Assembly: GCF_050013435.1 (NCBI RefSeq)
Contig: NZ_JBEKFG010000010.1
Span: 8,316-72,315 of the forward strand
DNA from: Candidatus Binatus sp.
GTDB taxonomy: Bacteria > Desulfobacterota > Binatia > Binatales > Binataceae
Direction of reading: 5' to 3'
Length of the DNA: 64,000 nucleotides
How positions within the stretch are numbered: the first letter of the stretch is position 1; every line of letters starts with the position of its first letter. Both the position numbers and the translations under genes were made by a program. The notes below the pieces were generated by a model. It had not been told where the DNA came from. It did no database searches and saw only the letters and a program-made list of their open reading frames with translations. Positions 46,388 through 55,433 of this stretch are shown here, piece by piece.

Positions 46388-46404
46388 ACATCCTGGAACG
46401 AGCC
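46299..46404 (+). repeat. Junction element J7 (long form)
   Basis: ccgatgcttccgccgctgctgcggcgcagcctgtcaggtccgccgttccacggcttgccgcagcgcccacaATGAatcggaaatcATGAacatcctggaacgagcc. Confidence 0.85.
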
Positions 46405-47205
46405 GGCGCTGCAATCCGTCACGCACCGGGGTTGGAACATGCCGACTGGCTGTGGGACCGGATCCGGCCTGCGTACGATCGGATGCTGGCGACAATTGCG
46501 CGTGGTCACGGCCTGGAACGGGTGATCAATGGCACTGACACGATCCGCCTGAGCCCGCAGTCGCGTGGGTTCGTTGCGCAAGAGTATGAACCGGCGGTCT
46601 GGGGCCGCGTGATGCACGAAGTCAGGACGGGCGACCAGGTGGTGGAAGTCGGCGCAAGTTTTGGACTCTACGCGCTGGCGTTCGCGGGACGAGTCGGGGA
46701 GGCGGGCCATGTCACGGCGTTCGAACCCGATCCTCAGAGTGCCTCGGCTCTGGAAGCCAACGTCAGAGTCAACGGCTGGCAAGACAGAATAACCGTGATC
46801 AGAGCCGCGGTCGGCCAGCGCAGCGGACAAGTCCGCTTTGCCGCGGCGCGGGGAATGGAATCGCGAATCGAGACGCGTTCGGATTCGGGCGACGGCGTGA
46901 TTACGGTGCCGCTTGTCACGCTCGACGGGCAGCTGGCCGGCGGGAGAATCGATGTCATGAAAATCGACGTCGAGGGCTTCGAGCAGCAGGTTATCCAGGG
47001 TGCGCGAACGATCCTGACTGAACAGCATCGGCGTCCCCGGGCGATCCTGCTGGAAGTGCATCCTTTCGCGTGGGCGGAGACGGGCACGACCAGCGCGAGC
47101 TTTCTCGGCCTGCTGGATGAATTGGGCTTCAAAGTCGAGGATATGGGGGGCGCCGCGGTTTCGAGCATCAGCGAATACGGGCACGTGATCGCGCTTCGGA
47201 AATGA
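46384..47205 (+). CDS. FkbM-family methyltransferase
   Basis: The start MNILERAG lies within J7. VVEVGASFGLYALAFAGRVGEAGHVTAFEPDPQSASALEANV and IDVMKIDVEGFEQQVIQGA. Confidence 0.8.
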   Translation: MNILERAGAAIRHAPGLEHADWLWDRIRPAYDRMLATIARGHGLERVINGTDTIRLSPQSRGFVAQEYEPAVWGRVMHEVRTGDQVVEVGASFGLYALAFAGRVGEAGHVTAFEPDPQSASALEANVRVNGWQDRITVIRAAVGQRSGQVRFAAARGMESRIETRSDSGDGVITVPLVTLDGQLAGGRIDVMKIDVEGFEQQVIQGARTILTEQHRRPRAILLEVHPFAWAETGTTSASFLGLLDELGFKVEDMGGAAVSSISEYGHVIALRK

Positions 47206-48434
47206 AACCCCGATTGCTTATCACGATATACGCGAATCCGGATTATTATCCGCCGACAGTGTATGCAGTTCGGATACTAAGTAGCTATTTCACGATACAC
47301 ATTCTTTGCCGGAACATGGCCGAGCCGATTGAAGAATGGCCCGCCGATGTGACTATCGAGCGATTCGGCGCGTACGCGTCGCCGCGCGAAAAAGAAGCGG
47401 CGAGCGCGGGTGCAAAGCTGATCGAATATGCGAAATTCATCGCGCGGACGCGCGCGCTGGTCAAGCAGATGCAGCCGGCGATTGTCTATTCGTACGACCC
47501 GCACGCGTTGGTCGCAAGCATTGTCGGGCGGATGGGCGGGAGAGCGACGCCGCTGATATTTCAGCTCCACGAGTTGCCGGAGACGGCGAGTCTCTCGTGG
47601 ACCTCGATGCAAACGTGGGTCGTAAAGGCGGCGTTAACCGGCACCAAGTCGGCAGATGCAGCAGTGTTTCCGGAAAAGTATCGCGCCCGCCACTGGCTAA
47701 CGGCTGCGGGAGACTCGCGCGCGCCGATAATCGTGCCGAATTGTCCCGGTCGGAGTTACTATCCCGGGCCGGCAGATTGGAACGAGACGATCGCGATGAG
47801 ATATCGCGCGCGGGAAGTGGTTTACGTCGGCTACGCGAGCGCCGCCAACGGCCATCTGGAGGGACTGCGTGCGCTAGCGATGACGGACGGCAGCATTCGG
47901 ATGCGGGTGATCGGCGGCTATCTTGCCGAATTCGAGGCGAGCTTCAACGCGCTCGGACGCGAGCTTGGCGTCACGGATCGAGTGCGGCTGGACGGATGGC
48001 TGGCGCTTGATGAGTTGCGAGCGCGGGCTTCCCGCGCGTCGGTGGGACTCGCGCTCCACAAACCGGCGACGAAGAATCTGGAATACCTGGGATCGGCGAG
48101 CAACAAGCTGTTCGAATACGCGGCGATGGGATTGCCGGTGGTAGTGCCGGATCGCGAGAGCTACCGAGGCTTCCTGGGCGATGCGGAGTGGGTGACGTAT
48201 GCCGACATCGAAGATCCGGGATCGATCGCGCGCGCGATCACGTCGATCTTCGCGGACCGCGAGCGATACGCCACGATGAGCCGCGCGGCGCGGCGCGCAT
48301 TCGAGGAACAATATAACTACGAGCGGGTCTTTGCCCCGGTGCTCGATCGCATTTTCGAATTGAGCGGTATGGCGAACCCCAGCCAGGTTCCGGCATGCGA
48401 TCTTACGCAGCCGCAGGCAACGCCGGCGTCATGA
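47202..48434 (+). CDS. GT-B glycosyltransferase (GT4-like)
   Basis: C-terminal nucleotide-sugar-binding region SASNKLFEYAAMGLPVVVPDRESYRGFLG. ATGA overlap with the upstream gene. Confidence 0.7.
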   Translation: MKPRLLITIYANPDYYPPTVYAVRILSSYFTIHILCRNMAEPIEEWPADVTIERFGAYASPREKEAASAGAKLIEYAKFIARTRALVKQMQPAIVYSYDPHALVASIVGRMGGRATPLIFQLHELPETASLSWTSMQTWVVKAALTGTKSADAAVFPEKYRARHWLTAAGDSRAPIIVPNCPGRSYYPGPADWNETIAMRYRAREVVYVGYASAANGHLEGLRALAMTDGSIRMRVIGGYLAEFEASFNALGRELGVTDRVRLDGWLALDELRARASRASVGLALHKPATKNLEYLGSASNKLFEYAAMGLPVVVPDRESYRGFLGDAEWVTYADIEDPGSIARAITSIFADRERYATMSRAARRAFEEQYNYERVFAPVLDRIFELSGMANPSQVPACDLTQPQATPAS

Positions 48435-49588
48435 AGGTCTGTGTTGCGAGCGCCGGCCCGTTTCACGTTTTCGATCTGGCGCGCCAGATGGAACGCCTCG
48501 GCCATCTGGCCCGCTTCTACACCGCCTATCCGCGCTTCAAGGTGGATGGACTGCCGGCTGCGAAAGTAAGCAGCTTCCCCTGGATCATGGGACCGGCCGC
48601 GCTCGCGGGACGTCTTGGAATGCCGGGACTGCGCGAGCGCCTGAATTTTCCGATGATCGAAACGTTCGACCGCTGGATGGCGAAACGGCTCGCGCCGTGC
48701 GACGTGTTCCATTGCCTATCCAGCTTCGGCTTGCAGAGCCATCGAGCGGCGCGCTCAAGGCACGGCGCGCTTACGGTGTGCGATCGGGGCTCATCGCATA
48801 TCACATTCCAAAATGAGATTTTGCGCGATGAATACGAGCACTACGGCATCCCGTATCGCGGGATCGACGCGCGCATCGTCGAACGCGAGCTTGCCGAGTA
48901 CGAATTCTGCGACCTGATCAGCGTGCCGTCGAGCTTCTCGATCCGATCGTTCGTCGAGAAGGGCGTGGCGCGCGACAAGCTGCGGCTCAATCCCCTGGGC
49001 GTCGATCTCTCGATGTTCCATCCGATGCCCAAGCGCGACGCAGTCTTCCGCGTGCTGTTTGTCGGTTCGATTTCGATTCGCAAGGGAATCGCTTACCTGC
49101 TCGAGGCGGTCAAGCGCGCGGGGATTGGGGCGCTCGACCTGGTGCTGATTGGGCAGGTCGATAAGGACGCGGCGCGCATCGTCGCCAAGTGCGATGTGCC
49201 GCTGCGCCAGCTGGGCGTGCTCCCCCGCACTGAGCTCGCCGCGCATTATTCGCAGGCCTCGGTGCTGGTCCTGCCGTCAGTCGAAGACGGCTTCGGGTTG
49301 GTCATGGCGCAGGCGATGGCATGCGGCGTCCCGGTGATCGCGACGACCAACACCGGCGCCGAGGATCTGTTCACCGACGGTGTCGAAGGGTTCATCGTTC
49401 CGATTCGCGACGGAGCCGCGATTGCCGACAAGATCGTCTTTCTGCGCGAGCATCCGGAGATGCGCGACGCGATGGGCGCCGCCGCTCTTGCCCGGGTGCG
49501 CGCGCTGGGCGGATGGAACAGCTACGGCGAGCAGATGGCGGCGATGTATCAGGCCGCACTCGCCGCATGCGCAGCCGCGGGGCGTTGA
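48431..49588 (+). CDS. GT4-family glycosyltransferase (GT-B)
   Basis: MKVCVASAGPFHVFDLARQ..., FVGSISIRKGIAYLLEA, LPSVEDGFGLVMAQAMACGVPVIATTNTGAEDLFTDGVEGFIV. ATGA overlap at 48431. Confidence 0.85.
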   Translation: MKVCVASAGPFHVFDLARQMERLGHLARFYTAYPRFKVDGLPAAKVSSFPWIMGPAALAGRLGMPGLRERLNFPMIETFDRWMAKRLAPCDVFHCLSSFGLQSHRAARSRHGALTVCDRGSSHITFQNEILRDEYEHYGIPYRGIDARIVERELAEYEFCDLISVPSSFSIRSFVEKGVARDKLRLNPLGVDLSMFHPMPKRDAVFRVLFVGSISIRKGIAYLLEAVKRAGIGALDLVLIGQVDKDAARIVAKCDVPLRQLGVLPRTELAAHYSQASVLVLPSVEDGFGLVMAQAMACGVPVIATTNTGAEDLFTDGVEGFIVPIRDGAAIADKIVFLREHPEMRDAMGAAALARVRALGGWNSYGEQMAAMYQAALAACAAAGR

Positions 49589-49616
49589 AATAGTAAAATG
49601 GCAACTGGTGGACCGC

Positions 49617-50552
49617 ATGATGCGTGAACAAATGATCGCGCGCGCCAAAGCGCTGATTCGGCCGGTCGCGCGGCATCGGTTTCTGCTCGAGCGCGTGAAA
49701 TTCCTGGGCGAGACTATACTCAGTGCTGAGCAGGGCAATGACCGATTGTCCGCGATGATCCATCACGGCGGCGCGGCGGGCAAAATTGGCGCGACCGAGA
49801 TCAAGGTGTCACGAGTTTACCTGCGCCGGCGGGACAAGGGCGGCATCTGTCCCAATTTCGGGCACTATGCATGGTGGGCGCACGTCACCGCGGGCATCTA
49901 TCCGCCCGATCCGCCGACGCTGTCGCGCTTTTGCCGCGAGTACCTGGAAACGCTCGGAGGTCTCGACCTGCTTGCCGTATGGTTCAACTTCGGCGAGGCG
50001 GCCGCGCGCCGGCACTATGCGCCCGGCGCAACGCTGTGCGAGCTTTCCGCGCTTGAACCGTATTACCATGAACGGCCGTGGAGCGCGCAGTTGGCAGGTA
50101 AGCGGGTCGTCGTCGTAAGCCCGTTCGAGGATTCGATCCGGGCTCAATATCAGCGGCGGGAAAAGATTTGGGCGGCCAAGCCCGAGGTGCTGCCCGCGTT
50201 TGATCTGCGCATCGTGCGCTGCCCGCAGCCTGCGGGAATTATCGAACAGCCGGAATATCCCGACTGGTTCACCGGCCTGGAAGCGCTGAAGGAGCAGCTT
50301 GGCGCGCGTCCGTTCGACGTCGCGATTATAGGTGCGGGGGCATGGTCGATACCGCTGGCGATCCATGCGAAGTCGTTGGGCGCCTTCGGGATTCATATGG
50401 GCGGAGCGACGCAGCTGCTATTCGGGATTATGGGCGGGCGATGGGTATCCAATGCGCAAATCGGCGCGTTCGTGAACGACGCGTGGACGCGTCCATCCGA
50501 AGATGAGCGGCCGCGAAATTACCGCCTTCATGAAAACGGCTCGTACTGGTGA
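49617..50552 (+). CDS. Hypothetical protein, possibly a GT-D-type (DUF1792-like) glycosyltransferase
   Basis: KRVVVVSPFEDSIRAQYQRR...FDVAIIGAGAWSIPLAIHAKSLGAFGIHMGGATQLLFGIMGGRW resembles, from memory only, a Rossmann-like pattern seen in capsule-locus proteins of that type. The start is uncertain (GTG 49608 or ATG 49617). Confidence 0.35.
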   Translation: MMREQMIARAKALIRPVARHRFLLERVKFLGETILSAEQGNDRLSAMIHHGGAAGKIGATEIKVSRVYLRRRDKGGICPNFGHYAWWAHVTAGIYPPDPPTLSRFCREYLETLGGLDLLAVWFNFGEAAARRHYAPGATLCELSALEPYYHERPWSAQLAGKRVVVVSPFEDSIRAQYQRREKIWAAKPEVLPAFDLRIVRCPQPAGIIEQPEYPDWFTGLEALKEQLGARPFDVAIIGAGAWSIPLAIHAKSLGAFGIHMGGATQLLFGIMGGRWVSNAQIGAFVNDAWTRPSEDERPRNYRLHENGSYW

Positions 50553-50598
50553 ATTGAAGATTGCGTTGATCGGCTCTGTTTGAGAGCGCGGAGACTGC

Positions 50599-51696
50599 GT
50601 GCGAATCCTTTACGTTGAGACAAGCGACTTTCTGCCTGCGAGCGCGCACTTCCTTGAGGCGCTCGAGGCGATGGCGGAGCGCGGCGAATGCGAGTTCACG
50701 TTTTTCGATGAAGCCAGGTATCGCCGCGCGCAACGCTCGATCGCGGGGCGAATCGTGCGGCGCATCGTCGGGCACCCGGCCGGTTATCGCGCGCTCAACG
50801 CCGCGCTCGTCGCCGAGGCGCAGCGCGTGCACCCCGATCTCGTGCTGATCGGCAAGGGCGCCTACTTCGCTCCCGCCACACTTGCCGCGGTCCGCGCGGC
50901 GACGGGAGCATCGATGGTCAACTGGGCCACCGACGATCCTTTCAACCCGGCGAGCAGCACCCGCGACCTGGTTGAATCGATCGCGCTCTACGATCTCTAC
51001 GTATGCACCAAGCGCGCGATAATGGACGACGTCCGGCGCGCGGGATGCGCCAACGTCGCCTACGTGCGGTTCGGATACAAACCGCAGGTGCATTTCCCCG
51101 AGGCGCCCGCCAACGATGACGAGGCGCGGCGCTTCGAATCCGACGTGACATTTATCGGCGGCGGGGACGATGACCGTGCTCCATACTTCGAGACGATCGT
51201 CCGCGCAATCCCGGAGCTGCGCATGCATCTGTACGGCGGCTACTGGAATCGCTATCCGAAGCTACGCCCATATTGGCGGGGAAACGCAACCGGACGCGAT
51301 TTCCGTTTGGCGGTCGGCGGCGCGAAGATAGCGGTGAACCTGGTGAGGCGCGCGAATCGGGACGATCACGTAATGCGCACTTTTGAAATTCCGGCGTGCG
51401 GCGGCTTCATGCTCACGGAGAGAAGCGCCACCCACGACGAATTATTTTCCGAAGACAAGGAAGCGGTTTTTTTCAACTCGCCTGATGAATTCGTCGCGAA
51501 GGTCCGCAGCTATCTTGGGCGCGATGAAGATAGAGTCAGGATTGCCGCCGCGGGGCATCGCAAAATCACGCAGGGGCGGCATACCTATGGCGATCGGCTG
51601 GCGGAGATTATCGAGGCGGTGCGATCGGTGAAAGGATCGCAGAGGCCGGGGACGGTTGGCGGCGCGCAAACCAATGGGATCGAATCGCATGGCTGA
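50599..51696 (+). CDS. CgeB-family glycosyltransferase-like protein (DUF3880 / Glyco_trans_1_2)
   Basis: C-terminal AKIAVNLVRRANRDDHVMRTFEIPACGGFMLTERSATHDELFSEDKEAVFFNSPDEFVAKVRSYLGRDEDRVRIAAAGHRKITQGRHTYGDRL matches the CgeB-family pattern. GTG start. Confidence 0.7.
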   Translation: MRILYVETSDFLPASAHFLEALEAMAERGECEFTFFDEARYRRAQRSIAGRIVRRIVGHPAGYRALNAALVAEAQRVHPDLVLIGKGAYFAPATLAAVRAATGASMVNWATDDPFNPASSTRDLVESIALYDLYVCTKRAIMDDVRRAGCANVAYVRFGYKPQVHFPEAPANDDEARRFESDVTFIGGGDDDRAPYFETIVRAIPELRMHLYGGYWNRYPKLRPYWRGNATGRDFRLAVGGAKIAVNLVRRANRDDHVMRTFEIPACGGFMLTERSATHDELFSEDKEAVFFNSPDEFVAKVRSYLGRDEDRVRIAAAGHRKITQGRHTYGDRLAEIIEAVRSVKGSQRPGTVGGAQTNGIESHG

Positions 51697-53194
51697 ACGG
51701 TTCGAATCCGCGGCGCCGCATCCGCTCCACGACGAGTGGTATGCGCGAATCACCACGCCGAAGCCGGGGTCCGCCAGTCCGGGCAAGGCGCTGAAGCTGC
51801 TCGCGGCGTTCGCAATCGCGTTGATCGCTCTGAACCTCTACGCGCCCGGTGCGCCGACAATCCTGGAGCGAGTATTCGCGTCCGCGATACTGGCATCGCT
51901 CGCGCTTCCGGTCTGGCTATGGATGTCAGGCGCGGATCGAACGATCCCGTTCATGCCGTTCCTGACGCTAAACTTCACCTATTACTATGCGCTGCCGGTT
52001 TTCCTGTTGAGACACTATGTCATAGGACTGTTCAAGCCGCCGGTTGCCGCGCATTTCATCACGCTGGCGCTTGGATACTCACTACTGGGTCTCTACTGTA
52101 TGTTCGCCGGATACTATGGACCGGCGAAATGGCTATTCGCACCGATACTACCGCGATTCAGCTTGCAATGGCGCGACGAGCGAGTAGTGAGGATGGTCGC
52201 GCTGATGCTGGGAGTCGGGGGATTGTTCTTGTCCTCCTCACATGGGCTGCCCGGGAGCCTGGCCCAGATCGGCGTATTCGCGGCTGACTTATCGATGGTT
52301 GGAATCTGCATGCTGGTCGCGCTTCAGTTGGCGGGAAGACTGGATCGGATCACATCGGCGTTCGTCTGGGGGTTTCTGCTTCCGGTCAGAATCGCAATCG
52401 GCTTGGGCGGCGGCTCGGCGGCTAGCGGTCTGATAGTCGGCATCACCGTCGCAATGATGTTCGCTTCCGTGCGCCGATCGATCCCGTGGAAGACGCTGCT
52501 GCTGGGCACTGTTGTGGCGGTGTTCATCATCCGACCGGCGGAGGTGCCGTATCGCGCGGCGACGTGGGGCGGAAGACAAGCGGACGCGGGTCCGATCGAG
52601 AAAGCCCTCCTGTACGGAGATATTGTTTACCGCATCACGATCGGCGGGGCGGTGGATCCGCAAACTCTGATCGAATTCGGAAGCCTGCGCCTGGCGCAAT
52701 TCACAACGTTCGGCGAAGTAATCGCGGACACGCCCGCATTCGTGCCTTTTTGGCGGGGCGAGTCCTACTATCCGATCCTGTTCAAACCGATTCCGCGTTT
52801 CATCATGCCGGACAAGCCCGAAGAGATGAGCGGACAAACCTTTGGCCATCGTTACGGCTTGATCTCCGCAAGGAACACCACCACTTCGCTCAATCTTCCG
52901 CAGCTAGTCGAGCTATATGCGAATTTCGGACTAATCGGAGTGATCGCGGGGATGTTCATATTCGGGTTGATCTACCGGCTGCTGATCGAGATGTACGTTC
53001 ATCCCGGAATGGGGCTCGGCGCCCTGGTTGGCGGCGTTTACGTTTTGTCGAAGTTGGTAGATGTCGGCTCCGCCGCCTCGATCGTTTTCGGCGCGATCCC
53101 ATGGAGCATTATCTTCATCGCGCTGATTGGCTTGCTGATTGACGCCGCAGAGCTTGACGCGATGACACTCGATGCCACGGTTACAGGCAAGTAG
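51689..53194 (+). CDS. Polytopic membrane protein, candidate O-antigen/EPS polymerase (Wzy-like)
   Basis: At least 10 hydrophobic segments with a larger loop in the C-terminal half (RAATWGGRQADAGPIEKALLYGD...). No sequence-specific motif was recognised, so the assignment rests on topology and context. Confidence 0.4.
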   Translation: MAERFESAAPHPLHDEWYARITTPKPGSASPGKALKLLAAFAIALIALNLYAPGAPTILERVFASAILASLALPVWLWMSGADRTIPFMPFLTLNFTYYYALPVFLLRHYVIGLFKPPVAAHFITLALGYSLLGLYCMFAGYYGPAKWLFAPILPRFSLQWRDERVVRMVALMLGVGGLFLSSSHGLPGSLAQIGVFAADLSMVGICMLVALQLAGRLDRITSAFVWGFLLPVRIAIGLGGGSAASGLIVGITVAMMFASVRRSIPWKTLLLGTVVAVFIIRPAEVPYRAATWGGRQADAGPIEKALLYGDIVYRITIGGAVDPQTLIEFGSLRLAQFTTFGEVIADTPAFVPFWRGESYYPILFKPIPRFIMPDKPEEMSGQTFGHRYGLISARNTTTSLNLPQLVELYANFGLIGVIAGMFIFGLIYRLLIEMYVHPGMGLGALVGGVYVLSKLVDVGSAASIVFGAIPWSIIFIALIGLLIDAAELDAMTLDATVTGK

Positions 53195-54623
53195 TCCGCC
53201 GGTCAGTCACACGATATTGGATTCTGTCTTCCATCGACAAAGCGCCTTATTTAGAGGCGTATTCGCGGTCTGTGTTTTCAGTGCGCTGGCGTTGATCTGG
53301 GCTCATCGCTTTCTGCCGATCTCGGATTATCCCGATTGGATTTACGAAGGTCCCATAGTGACAGCGCTTCTTCACGGCAACGCTCCAGCCTCCTACACAT
53401 TCAAGCACTATCCAGTTCCTTACGCCGGGATAGTAGCGTTGCTCGGACTCCTTGACTTTGCTTTTCCCCCTGAAGTCTCAGGAAAGGTCGCTTTGAGCCT
53501 TTGCGTCATACTGTTAGCTCTCTCCTCGACCTATTTGCTGAAATCGCTGAGGCACGACGCCGACAGTCCCCTTTTGCTGATTCCATTGTTGTTCTTATTT
53601 AACACCTTCTTCTTCATGGGAGAGCTGGCCTATGTTCTCGGCCTGTCACTCTTCTTTTTCTATTGCGGATATTTATTTCGTCGAATCCACCGGTCGGAGC
53701 CGATCAATTGGTGGTTTATCGGCGGCGCATCAATCGCGTTATTTTTCTGTCACTTCATGCCTTATGCGACTGCTATCCTGGTTACTTTGACATTGTGTCT
53801 TACCGAGTCACGGATCGGGCTTTTGCGCCCTTTCGCCATTTCCTTCGCGCCATCAATGGGATTGACAATCTGGTACGCAATTGAGCGTTGGTTTCTGAAG
53901 GCGAGCGGGCCTGTCTGGGAGTTTTGGACGGTTCATCAAATCGCAGGCCGCTTGCTTGCGGCCTTCTGTCTCTTCCCGGAGTTTCTTCCGTGGGTTGGAA
54001 TTCACGCGCCCGGGATGAAGGCGTTCGCATTACTCAATCTGGTCGTGGCGATCCTTCTGATCTTCGTGGTACCACTTTGTGTGGTATTTTGGGCTAAGGG
54101 CCGCGCCGGGAACCGCGGAGTACTCGCATGCGCGCTCGCTTGCGCATTCGCTGTTATTGCTACCGGGTATGAGTTTTCGGGGATGCTCAGTCCGGGCGAA
54201 AGGTTTATCTACCCTGCCGTCTGGATAGGATTGTGCTGGCTGATTGGCGCATGGATACCCCGTGAGGGTTCTCTGGCGAGCCGGGGGCTAACAGTTGTCT
54301 TGATCGGCTTACTGGTTTGCCAAATACTCTTTCTCCAGATTAATGTTGGCGCGGCATCGAATGGACTCGCGGCGCTTTACTCAAAACTGCGGTCGGCGAA
54401 CTCCCGCACAGAGTTCTGCGCGATCTATGAGACCTATGTCCAGCAGAGCTGGGAGAAACCGCATCGTACGGGCGTCGACCTCCTGCTCACAAATCAACCT
54501 AGCGCACCGCGGCTGCCATACTACCTTTACCTCGAGGAAAAGGTAGAAGCACCGATCTTTCAGATTGGAATTCTTAGCTATAAGGGTCCCGGAGACAATG
54601 AAGACCTTTGCAAGTCTCAGTGA
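53172..54623 (+). CDS. Polytopic membrane protein of unknown function (Wzy- or GT-C-like)
   Basis: 483 aa, about 11 hydrophobic segments, visibly lower GC and different codon usage than its neighbours. The start is uncertain (ATG 53172 overlaps the upstream gene by 23 nt; a TTG lies at 53217). Confidence 0.45.
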   Translation: MPRLQASSPPVSHTILDSVFHRQSALFRGVFAVCVFSALALIWAHRFLPISDYPDWIYEGPIVTALLHGNAPASYTFKHYPVPYAGIVALLGLLDFAFPPEVSGKVALSLCVILLALSSTYLLKSLRHDADSPLLLIPLLFLFNTFFFMGELAYVLGLSLFFFYCGYLFRRIHRSEPINWWFIGGASIALFFCHFMPYATAILVTLTLCLTESRIGLLRPFAISFAPSMGLTIWYAIERWFLKASGPVWEFWTVHQIAGRLLAAFCLFPEFLPWVGIHAPGMKAFALLNLVVAILLIFVVPLCVVFWAKGRAGNRGVLACALACAFAVIATGYEFSGMLSPGERFIYPAVWIGLCWLIGAWIPREGSLASRGLTVVLIGLLVCQILFLQINVGAASNGLAALYSKLRSANSRTEFCAIYETYVQQSWEKPHRTGVDLLLTNQPSAPRLPYYLYLEEKVEAPIFQIGILSYKGPGDNEDLCKSQ

Positions 54624-54738
54624 CGCATGCGCGGGTGAGCACTGGGGCGCGTCGGCTTCGAAAAGGAACCGTCATGCCTGATCCAGTCACAATTCAACGC
54701 GAATATTACCGGCGCACCGCGTCGCGATATGAGGACGA

Positions 54739-55392
54739 ATGAAGCCACGCCACGCCGCTGAGGTCGCCCCGATAGACGAAAATATGCAGCCGACCCAGCT
54801 CAGTCATCACACGATCATCTGGCCGGTGGTGGAGAAGTGGCTGCCACCTGCGCCCGCCCGGGTTCTCGATGCCGGCTGCGGCGGGGGACAACTTAGCTAT
54901 CGGTTGGCTAAGCTGGGCTACCGTGTTACCGGCATCGACTTACCGGGTCCATCACTGGAAAAGGCACGCGCGCTGCTCGCTTCCTCGGATCATCGCTGGG
55001 ACATTATCTCCGGTTCGGTCGAAGAATTCAGCGGCGCAAACCAGGCCTTCGATGCGGTGGTCTCAATCGAGGTCATCGAGCATCTATATCGGCCCGTGAC
55101 CTTCTTGAAGAACATGGCGCGCGCATTGCACCCTGGCGGCGTCGTAATCCTGAGTACGCCCTATCACGGCTGGCTCAAGAACGTTGCGATTTCCGCGCTG
55201 GGTTTGTGGGATTGGCACCACCAGCCCCTCGATGAAGGCAACCACATCAAGTTCTGGTCCAAGCGGACGCTGAACGGCGCTCTGGTAGCGGCAGGGCTTG
55301 AAGCGGTTGAATGGCGAGGTGTCGGACGGATCCCCTTTTTGTGGAAATCAATAATGGTGAAGGCACTCAAACCAACTGAGTATTCCTCATAA
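54739..55392 (+). CDS. Class I SAM-dependent methyltransferase (possibly frameshifted at its 5' end)
   Basis: VLDAGCGGGQLSYRLAKLGYRVTGIDL, FDAVVSIEVIEHL, LHPGGVVILSTP. A 22-codon ORF (54674-54742, MPDPVTIQREYYRRTASRYEDE) in another frame looks like the missing methyltransferase N-terminus. Confidence 0.75.
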   Translation: MKPRHAAEVAPIDENMQPTQLSHHTIIWPVVEKWLPPAPARVLDAGCGGGQLSYRLAKLGYRVTGIDLPGPSLEKARALLASSDHRWDIISGSVEEFSGANQAFDAVVSIEVIEHLYRPVTFLKNMARALHPGGVVILSTPYHGWLKNVAISALGLWDWHHQPLDEGNHIKFWSKRTLNGALVAAGLEAVEWRGVGRIPFLWKSIMVKALKPTEYSS

Positions 55393-55433
55393 GAGGGGAA
55401 CCGGGTGGCGACTAGCCGCCCAGGATCGTAAGA

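Noticed and set aside
37981-46404. Integron-like gene cassettes with attC sites
   Set aside because: The layout is similar (unidirectional cassettes with a 3' imperfect-palindrome element). However, there is no intI integrase, no attI and no Pc in the window. The elements are much more similar to each other than attC sites usually are, and most of them are translated. I kept this as a homologous-recombination cassette hypothesis instead.
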